DNA from: Ranitomeya imitator
Taxonomy: Eukaryota
Reading direction: 5' to 3'
Assembly: GCF_032444005.1 (NCBI RefSeq)
Contig: NC_091291.1
Location: 90,396,001-90,460,000, forward strand
Length of the DNA stretch: 64,000 nucleotides
The notes below the pieces were generated by a model. The model was given only the letters and a program-made list of their open reading frames with translations, was not told where the DNA came from and made no database searches. Position numbers and translations under genes: made by a program. This document shows positions 12,801 to 24,800 of this stretch, piece by piece. Each line of letters starts with the position of its first letter. The first letter of the stretch is position 1.

Positions 12801-15800
12801 TGCCCCAGGATGGCTGCCCTGCGGCACAGTATCCCATACAGCGCTGTGTCACACTGTCCGTATACTGCGCCGTGTGCTGACACTTCTCCTGTTTGTGTCT
12901 GTCCTGGTTGTGAGCGGTCTCTGTGACTGTGCTACCCCAGGATGGCTGCCCTGCTGCACAGTATCCCGTACAGGGCTGTGTCACACTGTCCGTATACTGC
13001 GCCGTGTGCTGACACTCTCCTGTTTGTGTCTGTCCCGGCTGTGAGTGGTCTCTGTGACAGTGCTGCCCCAGGATGGCTGCCCTGCGGCACATTATCCCAT
13101 ACAGGGCTGTGTCACACCGTCCGTATACTGCGCCGTGTGCTGACACTCTCCTGTTTGTGTCTGTCCCGGCTGTGAGTGGTCTCTGTGACTGTGCTGCCCT
13201 GCGGCACAGTATCCCATACAGCGCTGTGTCACACTGTCCGTATACTGCGCCGTGTGCTGACACTTCTCCTGTTTGTGTCTGTCCCGGCTGTGAGCGGTCT
13301 CTGTGACTGTGCTGCCCCAGGATGGCTGCCCTGCGACACAGTATCCCATACAGCGCTGTGTCACACTGTCCGTATACTGCGCCGTGTGCTGACACTTCTC
13401 CTGTTTGTGTCTGTCCCGGCTGTGAGCGGTCTCTGTGACTGTGCTGCCCCAGGATGGCTGCCCTGCGGCACAGTATCCCATACAGCGCTGTGTCACAATG
13501 TCCGTATACTGCGCCGTGTGCTGACACTTCTCCTGTTTGTGTCTGTCCCGGCTGTGAGCGGTCTCTGTGACTGTGCTGCCCCAGGATGGCTGCCCTGCGG
13601 CACAGTATCCCGTACAGCGCTGTGTCACACCGTCCGTATACTGCGCCGTGTGCTGACACTCTCCTGTTTGTGTCTGTCCCGGCTGTGAGCGGTCTCTGTG
13701 ACTGTGCTGCCCCAGGATGGCTGCCCTGCGGCACAGTATCCCGTACAGCGCTGTGTCACACCATCCGTATACTGCGCCGTGTGCTGACACTTCTCCTGTT
13801 TGTGTCTGTCCTGGCTGTGAGCGGTGTCTGTGACTGTGCTGCCCCAGGATGGCTGCCCTGCGGCACAGTATCCCATACAGGGCTGTGTCACACTGTCCGT
13901 ATACTGCGCCGTGTGCTGACACTGTCCTGTTTGTGTCTGTCCCGGCTGTGAGCGGTCTCTGTGACTGTGCTGCCCCAGTATGGCTGCCCTGCGGCACATT
14001 ATCCCATACAGCGCTGTGTCACACCGTCCGTATACTGCGCCGTGTGCTGACACTTCTCCTGTTTGTGTCTGTCCCGGCTGTGAGTGGTCTCTGTGACTGT
14101 GCTGCCCCAGGATGGCTGCCCTGCGGCACAGTATCCCATACAGCCCTGTGTCACACCGTCCGTATACTGCGCCGTGTGCTGACACTTCTCCTGTTTGTGT
14201 CTGTCCCGGCTGTGAGTGGTCTCTGTGACTGTGCTGCCCCAGGATGGCTGCCCTGCGGCACATTATCCCATACAGGGCTGTGTCACACTGTCCGTATACT
14301 GCGCCGTGTGCTGACACTCGCCTGTTTGTGTCTGTCCCGGCTGTGAGCGGTCTCTGTGACTGTGCTGCCCCAGGATGGCTGCCCTGCGGCACAGTATCCC
14401 ATACAGCGCTGTGTCACACCGTCCGTATACTGCGCCGTGTGCTGACACTTCTCCTGTTTGTGTCTGTCCCGGCTGTGAGCGGTCTCTGTGACTGTGCTGC
14501 CCCAGGATGGCTGCCCTGCTGCACAGTATCCCATACAGCGCTGTGTCACACTGTCTGTATACTGCGCCGTGTGCTGACACTTCTCCTGTTTGTGTCTGTC
14601 CCGGCTGTGAGCGGTCTCTGTGACTGTGCTGCCCCAGGATGGCTGCCCTGCGGCACATTATCCCATACAGGGTTGTGTCACACTGTCCGTATACTGCGCC
14701 GTGTGCTGACACTTCTCCTGTTTGTGTCTGTCCTGGCTGTGAGCGGTCTCTGTGACTGTGCTGCCCCAGGATGGCTGCCCTGCGGCACATTATCCCGTAC
14801 AGGGCTGTGTCACACTGTCCGTATACTGCGCCGTGTGCTGACACTCAACTGTTTGTGTCTGTCCCGGCTGTGAGTGGTCTCTGTGACTGTGCTGCCCCAG
14901 GATGGCTGCCCTGCGGCACAGTATCCCGTACAGCGCTGTGTCACACTGTCCGTATACTGCGCCGTGTGCTGACACTTCTCCTGTTTGTGTCTGTCCCGGC
15001 TGTGAGTGGTCTCTGTGACTGTGCTGCCCCAGGATGGCTGCCCTGCGGCACAGTATCCCGTACAGCGCTGTGTCACACTGTCCGTATACTGCGCCGTGTG
15101 CTGACACTTCTCCTGTTTGTGTCTGTCCCGGCTGTGAGTGGTCTCTGTGACTGTGCTGCCCCAGGATGGCTGCCCTGCGGCACAGTATCCCATACAGCGC
15201 TGTGTCACACTGTCCGTATACTGCGCCGTGTGCTGACACTCTCCTGTTTGTGTCTGTCCCAGCTGTGAGTGGTCTCTGTGACTGTGCTGCCCCAGGATGG
15301 CTGCCCTGCGGCACAGTATCCCATACAGCGCTGTGTCACACTGTCCGTATACTGCACCGTGTGCTGACACTTCTCCTGTTTGTGTCTGTCCCGGCTGTGA
15401 GTGGTCTCTGTGACTGTGCTGCCCCAGGATGGCTGCCCTGCGACACAGTATCCCATACAGCGCTGTGTCACACTGTCCGTATACTGCGCCGTGTGCTGAC
15501 ACTTCTCCTGTTTGTGTCTGTCCTGGTTGTGAGCGGTCTCTGTGACTGTGCTACCCCAGGATGGCTGCCCTGCTGCACAGTATCCCGTACAGGGCTGTGT
15601 CACACTGTCCGTATACTGCGCCGTGTGCTGACACTCTCCTGTTTGTGTCTGTCCCGGCTGTGAGTGGTCTCTGTGACAGTGCTGCCCCAGGATGGCTGCC
15701 CTGCGGCACATTATCCCATACAGGGCTGTGTCACACCGTCCGTATACTGCGCCGTGTGCTGACACTCTCCTGTTTGTGTCTGTCCCGGCTGTGAGTGGTC

Positions 15801-18800
15801 TCTGTGACTGTGCTGCCCTGCGGCACAGTATCCCATACAGCGCTGTGTCACACTGTCCGTATACTGCGCCGTGTGCTGACACTTCTCGTGTTTGTGTCTG
15901 TCCCGGCTGTGAGCGGTCTCTGTGACTGTGCTGCCCCAGGATGGCTGCCCTGCGGCACAGTATCCCATACAGGGCTGTGTCACACTGTCCGTATACTGCG
16001 CCGTGTGCTGACACTCTCCTGTTTGTGTCTGTCCTGGTTGTGAGCGGTCTCTGTGACTGTGCTGCCCCAGGATGGCTGCCCTGCGACACAGTATCCCATA
16101 CAGCGCTGTGTCACACTGTCCGTATACTGCGCCGTGTGCTGACACTTCTCCTGTTTGTGTCTGTCCCGGCTGTGAGCGGTCTCTGTGACTGTGCTGCCCC
16201 AGGATGGCTGCCCTGCGGCACAGTATCCCGTACAGCGCTGTGTCACACCGTCCGTATACTGCGCCGTGTGCTGACACTTCTCCTGTTTGTGTCTGTCCCG
16301 GCTGTGAGCGGTCTCTGTGACTGTGCTGCCCCAGGATGGCTGCCCTGCGGCACAGTATCCGATACAGCGCTGTGTCACACCGTCCGTATACTGCGCCGTG
16401 TGCTGACACTTCTCCTGTTTGTGTCTGTCCCGGCTGTGAGCGGTCTCTGTGACTGTGCTGCCCCAGGATGGCTGCCCTGCGGCACAGTATCCCATACAGC
16501 GCTGTGTCACACCGTCCGTATACTGCGCCGTGTGCTGACACTTCTCCTGTTTGTGTCTGTCCCGGCTGTGAGCGGTCTCTGTGACTGTGCTGCCCTAGGA
16601 TGGCTGCCCTGCGGCACAGTATCCCATACAGGGCTGTGTCACACTGTCCGTATACTGCGCCGTGTGCTGACACTTCTCCTGTTTGTGTCTGTCCCGGCTG
16701 TGAGCGGTCTCTGTGACTGTGCTGCCCTAGGATGGCTGCCCTGCGGCACAGTATCCCATACAGCGCTGTGTCACACTGTCCGTATACTGCGCCGTGTGCT
16801 GACACTTCTCCTGTTTGTGTCTGTCCTGGTTGTGAGCGGTCTCTGTGACTGTGCTGCCCCAGGATGGCTGCCCTGCGGCACAGTATCCGATACAGCGCTG
16901 TGTCACACTGTCCGTATACTGCGCCGTGTGCTGACACTTCTCCTGTTTGTGTCTGTCCCGGCTGTGAGCGGTCTCTGTGACTGTGCTGCCCCAGGATGGC
17001 TGCCCTGCGGCACAGTATCCCGTACAGCGCTGTGTCACACCGTCCGTATACTGCGCCGTGTGCTGACACTTCTCCTGTTTGTGTCTGTCCCGGCTGTGAG
17101 CGGTCTCTGTGACTGTGCTGCCCCAGGATGGCTGCCCTGCGGCACAGTATCCCATACAGCGCTGTGTCACACTGTCCGTATACTGCGCCGTGTGCTGACA
17201 CTTCTCCTGTTTGTGTCTGTCCCGGCTGTGAGCGGTCTCTGTGACTGTGCTGCCCCAGGATGGCTGCCCTGCGGCACAGTATCCGATACAGGGCTGTGTC
17301 ACACTGTCCGTATACTGCGCCGTGTGCTGACACTTCTCCTGTTTGTGTCTGTCCTGGTTGTGAGCGGTCTCTGTGACTGTGCTGCCCCAGGATGGCTGCC
17401 CTGTGGCACAGTATCCCATACAGGGCTGTGTCACACTGTCCGTATACTGCGCCGTGTGCTGACACTTCTCCTGTTTGTGTCTGTCCCGGCTGTGAGCGGT
17501 CTCTGTGACTGTGCTGCCCCAGGATGGCTGCCCTGCGGCACAGTATCCCATACAGCGCTGTGTCACACTGTCCGTATACTGCGCCGTGTGCTGACACTTC
17601 TCCTGTTTGTGTCTGTCCCAGCTGTGAGCGGTCTCTGTGACTGTGCTGCCCCAGTATGGCTGCCCTGCGGCACATTATCCCATACAGCGCTGTGTCACAC
17701 CGTCCGTATACTGCGCCGTGTGCTGACACTTCTCCTGTTTGTGTCTGTCCCGGCTGTGAGCGGTCTCTGTGACTGTGCTGCCCCAGGATGGCTGCCCTGC
17801 GGCACAGTATCCGATACAGCGCTGTGTCACACCGTCCGTATACTGCGCCGTGTGCTGACACTTCTCCTGTTTGTGTCTGTCCCGGCTGTGAGCGGTCTCT
17901 GTGACTGTGCTGCCCCAGGATGGCTGCCCTGCGGCACAGTATCCCGTACAGCGCTGTGTCACACCGTCCGTATACTGCGCCGTGTGCTGACACTTCTCCT
18001 GTTTGTGTCTGTCCCGGCTGTGAGCGGTCTCTGTGACTGTGCTGCCCTAGGATGGCTGCCCTGCGGCACAGTATCCCATGCAGGGCTGTGTCACACTGTC
18101 CGTATACTGCGCCGTGTGCTGACACTTCTCCTGTTTGTGTCTGTCCCGGCTGTGAGCGGTCTCTGTGACTGTGCTGCCCTAGGATGGCTGCCCTGCGGCA
18201 CAGTATCCCATACAGCGCTGTGTCACACTGTCCGTATACTGCGCCGTGTGCTGACACTTCTCCTGTTTGTGTCTGTCCCGGCTGTGAGCGGTCTCTGTGA
18301 CTGTGCTGCCCTAGGATGGCTGCCCTGCGGCACAGTATCCCATACAGCGCTGTGTCACACTGTCCGTATACTGCGCCGTGTGCTGACACTTCTCCTGTTT
18401 GTGTCTGTCCTGGTTGTGAGCGGTCTCTGTGACTGTGCTGCCCCAGGATGGCTGCCCTGCGGCACAGTATCCGATACAGCGCTGTGTCACACTGTCCGTA
18501 TACTGCGCCGTGTGCTGACACTTCTCCTGTTTGTGTCTGTCCCGGCTGTGAGCGGTCTCTGTGACTGTGCTGCCCCAGGATGGCTGCCCTGCGGCACAGT
18601 ATCCCGTACAGCGCTGTGTCACACCGTCCGTATACTGCGCCGTGTGCTGACACTTCTCCTGTTTGTGTCTGTCCCGGCTGTGAGCGGTCTCTGTGACTGT
18701 GCTGCCCCAGGATGGCTGCCCTGCGGCACAGTATCCCATACAGCGCTGTGTCACACTGTCCGTATACTGCGCCGTGTGCTGACACTTCTCCTGTTTGTGT

Positions 18801-21800
18801 CTGTCCCGGCTGTGAGCGGTCTCTGTGACTGTGCTGCCCCAGGATGGCTGCCCTGCGGCACAGTATCCGATACAGGGCTGTGTCACACTGTCCGTATACT
18901 GCGCCGTGTGCTGACACTTCTCCTGTTTGTGTCTGTCCTGGTTGTGAGCGGTCTCTGTGACTGTGCTGCCCCAGGATGGCTGCCCTGTGGCACAGTATCC
19001 CATACAGGGCTGTGTCACACTGTCCGTATACTGCGCCGTGTGCTGACACTTCTCCTGTTTGTGTCTGTCCCGGCTGTGAGCGGTCTCTGTGACTGTGCTG
19101 CCCCAGGATGGCTGCCCTGCGGCACAGTATCCCATACAGCGCTGTGTCACACTGTCCGTATACTGCGCCGTGTGCTGACACTTCTCCTGTTTGTGTCTGT
19201 CCCAGCTGTGAGCGGTCTCTGTGACTGTGCTGCCCCAGTATGGCTGCCCTGCGGCACATTATCCCATACAGCGCTGTGTCACACCGTCCGTATACTGCGC
19301 CGTGTGCTGACACTTCTCCTGTTTGTGTCTGTCCCGGCTGTGATTGGTTGTTTGTGACTGTGCTGCCCCAGGATGGCTGCCCTGCTGCACAGTATCCCAT
19401 ACAGCGCTGTGTCACACCGTCCGTATACTGCGCCGTGTGCTGACACTTCTCCTGTTTGTGTCTGTCCTGGCTGTGAGCGGTCTCTGTGACTGTGCTGCCC
19501 CAGTATGGCTGCCCTGCGGCACATTATCCCATACAGCGCTGTGTCACACCGTCCGTATACTGCGCCGTGTGCTGACACTTCTCCTGTTTGTGTCTGTCCC
19601 GGCTGTGAGTGGTCTCTGTGACTGTGCTGCCCCAGGATGGCTGCCCTGCGGCACAGTATCCCATACAGCGCTGTGTCACACTGTCCGTATACTGCGCCGT
19701 GTGCTGACACTCGCCTGTTTGTGTCTGTCCCGGCTGTGAGCGGTCTCTGTGACTGTGCTGCCCCAGGATGGCTGCCCTGCGGCACAGTATCCCATACAGC
19801 GCTGTGTCACACCGTCCGTATACTGCGCCGTGTGCTGACACTTCTCCTGTTTGTGTCTGTCCCGGCTGTGAGCGGTCTCTGTGACTGTGCTGCCCCAGGA
19901 TGGCTGCCCTGCTGCACAGTATCCCATACAGCGCTGTGTCACACTGTCTGTATACTGCGCCGTGTGCTGACACTTCTCCTGTTTGTGTCTGTCCCGGCTG
20001 TGAGCGGTCTCTGTGACTGTGCTGCCCCAGGATGGCTGCCCTGCGGCACATTATCCCATACAGGGTTGTGTCACACTGTCCGTATACTGCGCCGTGTGCT
20101 GACACTTCTCCTGTTTGTGTCTGTCCTGGCTGTGAGCGGTCTCTGTGACTGTGCTGCCCCAGGATGGCTGCCCTGCGGCACATTATCCCGTACAGGGCTG
20201 TGTCACACTGTCCGTATACTGCGCCGTGTGCTGACACTCAACTGTTTGTGTCTGTCCCGGCTGTGAGTGGTCTCTGTGACTGTGCTGCCCCAGGATGGCT
20301 GCCCTGCGGCACAGTATCCCGTACAGCGCTGTGTCACACTGTCCGTATACTGCGCCGTGTGCTGACACTTCTCCTGTTTGTGTCTGTCCCGGCTGTGAGC
20401 GGTCTCTGTGACTGTGCTGCCCCAGGATGGCTGCCCTGCGGCACAGTATCCCGTACAGCGCTGTGTCACACTGTCCGTATACTGCGCCGTGTGCTGACAC
20501 TTCTCCTGTTTGTGTCTGTCCCGGCTGTGAGTGGTCTCTGTGACTGTGCTGCCCCAGGATGGCTGCCCTGCGGCACAGTATCCCATACAGCGCTGTGTCA
20601 CACTGTCCGTATACTGCGCCGTGTGCTGACACTCTCCTGTTTGTGTCTGTCCCAGCTGTGAGTGGTCTCTGTGACTGTGCTGCCCCAGGATGGCTGCCCT
20701 GCGGCACAGTATCCCATACAGCGCTGTGTCACACTGTCCGTATACTGCACCGTGTGCTGACACTTCTCCTGTTTGTGTCTGTCCCGGCTGTGAGTGGTCT
20801 CTGTGACTGTGCTGCCCCAGGATGGCTGCCCTGCGACACAGTATCCCATACAGCGCTGTGTCACACTGTCCGTATACTGCGCCGTGTGCTGACACTTCTC
20901 CTGTTTGTGTCTGTCCTGGTTGTGAGCGGTCTCTGTGACTGTGCTACCCCAGGATGGCTGCCCTGCTGCACAGTATCCCGTACAGGGCTGTGTCACACTG
21001 TCCGTATACTGCGCCGTGTGCTGACACTCTCCTGTTTGTGTCTGTCCCGGCTGTGAGTGGTCTCTGTGACAGTGCTGCCCCAGGATGGCTGCCCTGCGGC
21101 ACATTATCCCATACAGGGCTGTGTCACACCGTCCGTATACTGCGCCGTGTGCTGACACTCTCCTGTTTGTGTCTGTCCCGGCTGTGAGTGGTCTCTGTGA
21201 CTGTGCTGCCCTGCGGCACAGTATCCCATACAGCGCTGTGTCACACTGTCCGTATACTGCGCCGTGTGCTGACACTTCTCCTGTTTGTGTCTGTCCCGGC
21301 TGTGAGCGGTCTCTGTGACTGTGCTGCCCCAGGATGGCTGCCCTGCGGCACAGTATCCCATACAGGGCTGTGTCACACTGTCCGTATACTGCGCCGTGTG
21401 CTGACACTCTCCTGTTTGTGTCTGTCCTGGTTGTGAGCGGTCTCTGTGACTGTGCTGCCCCAGGATGGCTGCCCTGCGACACAGTATCCCATACAGCGCT
21501 GTGTCACACTGTCCGTATACTGCGCCGTGTGCTGACACTTCTCCTGTTTGTGTCTGTCCCGGCTGTGAGCGGTCTCTGTGACTGTGCTGCCCCAGGATGG
21601 CTGCCCTGCGGCACAGTATCCCGTACAGCGCTGTGTCACACCGTCCGTATACTGCGCCGTGTGCTGACACTTCTCCTGTTTGTGTCTGTCCCGGCTGTGA
21701 GCGGTCTCTGTGACTGTGCTGCCCCAGGATGGCTGCCCTGCGGCACAGTATCCCGTACAGCGCTGTGTCACACCGTCCGTATACTGCGCCGTGTGCTGAC

Positions 21801-24800
21801 ACTTCTCCTGTTTGTGTCTGTCCCGGCTGTGAGCGGTCTCTGTGACTGTGCTGCCCCAGGATGGCTGCCCTGCGGCACAGTATCCCGTACAGCGCTGTGT
21901 CACACCGTCCGTATACTGCGCCGTGTGCTGACACTTCTCCTGTTTGTGTCTGTCCTGGCTGTGAGCGGTCTCTGTGACTGTGCTGCCCCAGGATGGCTGC
22001 CCTGCGGCACAGTATCCCGTACAGGGCTGTGTCACACTGTCCGTATACTGCGCCGTGTGCTGACACTTCTCCTGTTTGTGTCTGTCCCGGCTGTGAGCGG
22101 TCTCTGTGACTGTGCTGCCCCAGGATGGCTGCCCTGCGGCACAGTATCCCATACAGCGCTGTGTCACACTGTCCGTATACTGCGCCGTGTGCTGACACTT
22201 CTCCTGTTTGTGTCTGTCCTGGTTGTGAGCGGTCTCTGTGACTGTGCTACCCCAGGATGGCTGCCCTGCTGCACAGTATCCCGTACAGGGCTGTGTCACA
22301 CTGTCCGTATACTGCGCCGTGTGCTGACACTCTCCTGTTTGTGTCTGTCCCGGCTGTGAGTGGTCTCTGTGACAGTGCTGCCCCAGGATGGCTGCCCTGC
22401 GGCACATTATCCCATACAGGGCTGTGTCACACCGTCCGTATACTGCGCCGTGTGCTGACACTCTCCTGTTTGTGTCTGTCCCGGCTGTGAGTGGTCTCTG
22501 TGACTGTGCTGCCCTGCGGCACAGTATCCCATACAGCGCTGTGTCACACTGTCCGTATACTGCGCCGTGTGCTGACACTTCTCCTGTTTGTGTCTGTCCC
22601 GGCTGTGAGCGGTCTCTGTGACTGTGCTGCCCCAGGATGGCTGCCCTGCGACACAGTATCCCATACAGCGCTGTGTCACACTGTCCGTATACTGCGCCGT
22701 GTGCTGACACTTCTCCTGTTTGTGTCTGTCCCGGCTGTGAGCGGTCTCTGTGACTGTGCTGCCCCAGGATGGCTGCCCTGCGGCACAGTATCCCATACAG
22801 CGCTGTGTCACAATGTCCGTATACTGCGCCGTGTGCTGACACTTCTCCTGTTTGTGTCTGTCCCGGCTGTGAGCGGTCTCTGTGACTGTGCTGCCCCAGG
22901 ATGGCTGCCCTGCGGCACAGTATCCCGTACAGCGCTGTGTCACACCGTCCGTATACTGCGCCGTGTGCTGACACTCTCCTGTTTGTGTCTGTCCCGGCTG
23001 TGAGCGGTCTCTGTGACTGTGCTGCCCCAGGATGGCTGCCCTGCGGCACAGTATCCCGTACAGCGCTGTGTCACACCATCCGTATACTGCGCCGTGTGCT
23101 GACACTTCTCCTGTTTGTGTCTGTCCTGGCTGTGAGCGGTGTCTGTGACTGTGCTGCCCCAGGATGGCTGCCCTGCGGCACAGTATCCCATACAGGGCTG
23201 TGTCACACTGTCCGTATACTGCGCCGTGTGCTGACACTGTCCTGTTTGTGTCTGTCCCGGCTGTGAGCGGTCTCTGTGACTGTGCTGCCCCAGTATGGCT
23301 GCCCTGCGGCACATTATCCCATACAGCGCTGTGTCACACCGTCCGTATACTGCGCCGTGTGCTGACACTTCTCCTGTTTGTGTCTGTCCCGGCTGTGAGT
23401 GGTCTCTGTGACTGTGCTGCCCCAGGATGGCTGCCCTGCGGCACAGTATCCCATACAGCCCTGTGTCACACCGTCCGTATACTGCGCCGTGTGCTGACAC
23501 TTCTCCTGTTTGTGTCTGTCCCGGCTGTGAGTGGTCTCTGTGACTGTGCTGCCCCAGGATGGCTGCCCTGCGGCACATTATCCCATACAGGGCTGTGTCA
23601 CACTGTCCGTATACTGCGCCGTGTGCTGACACTCGCCTGTTTGTGTCTGTCCCGGCTGTGAGCGGTCTCTGTGACTGTGCTGCCCCAGGATGGCTGCCCT
23701 GCGGCACAGTATCCCATACAGCGCTGTGTCACACCGTCCGTATACTGCGCCGTGTGCTGACACTTCTCCTGTTTGTGTCTGTCCCGGCTGTGAGCGGTCT
23801 CTGTGACTGTGCTGCCCCAGGATGGCTGCCCTGCTGCACAGTATCCCATACAGCGCTGTGTCACACTGTCTGTATACTGCGCCGTGTGCTGACACTTCTC
23901 CTGTTTGTGTCTGTCCCGGCTGTGAGCGGTCTCTGTGACTGTGCTGCCCCAGGATGGCTGCCCTGCGGCACATTATCCCATACAGGGTTGTGTCACACTG
24001 TCCGTATACTGCGCCGTGTGCTGACACTTCTCCTGTTTGTGTCTGTCCTGGCTGTGAGCGGTCTCTGTGACTGTGCTGCCCCAGGATGGCTGCCCTGCGG
24101 CACATTATCCCGTACAGGGCTGTGTCACACTGTCCGTATACTGCGCCGTGTGCTGACACTCAACTGTTTGTGTCTGTCCCGGCTGTGAGTGGTCTCTGTG
24201 ACTGTGCTGCCCCAGGATGGCTGCCCTGCGGCACAGTATCCCGTACAGCGCTGTGTCACACTGTCCGTATACTGCGCCGTGTGCTGACACTTCTCCTGTT
24301 TGTGTCTGTCCCGGCTGTGAGTGGTCTCTGTGACTGTGCTGCCCCAGGATGGCTGCCCTGCGGCACAGTATCCCGTACAGCGCTGTGTCACACTGTCCGT
24401 ATACTGCGCCGTGTGCTGACACTTCTCCTGTTTGTGTCTGTCCCGGCTGTGAGTGGTCTCTGTGACTGTGCTGCCCCAGGATGGCTGCCCTGCGGCACAG
24501 TATCCCATACAGCGCTGTGTCACACTGTCCGTATACTGCGCCGTGTGCTGACACTCTCCTGTTTGTGTCTGTCCCAGCTGTGAGTGGTCTCTGTGACTGT
24601 GCTGCCCCAGGATGGCTGCCCTGCGGCACAGTATCCCATACAGCGCTGTGTCACACTGTCCGTATACTGCACCGTGTGCTGACACTTCTCCTGTTTGTGT
24701 CTGTCCCGGCTGTGAGTGGTCTCTGTGACTGTGCTGCCCCAGGATGGCTGCCCTGCGACACAGTATCCCATACAGCGCTGTGTCACACTGTCCGTATACT

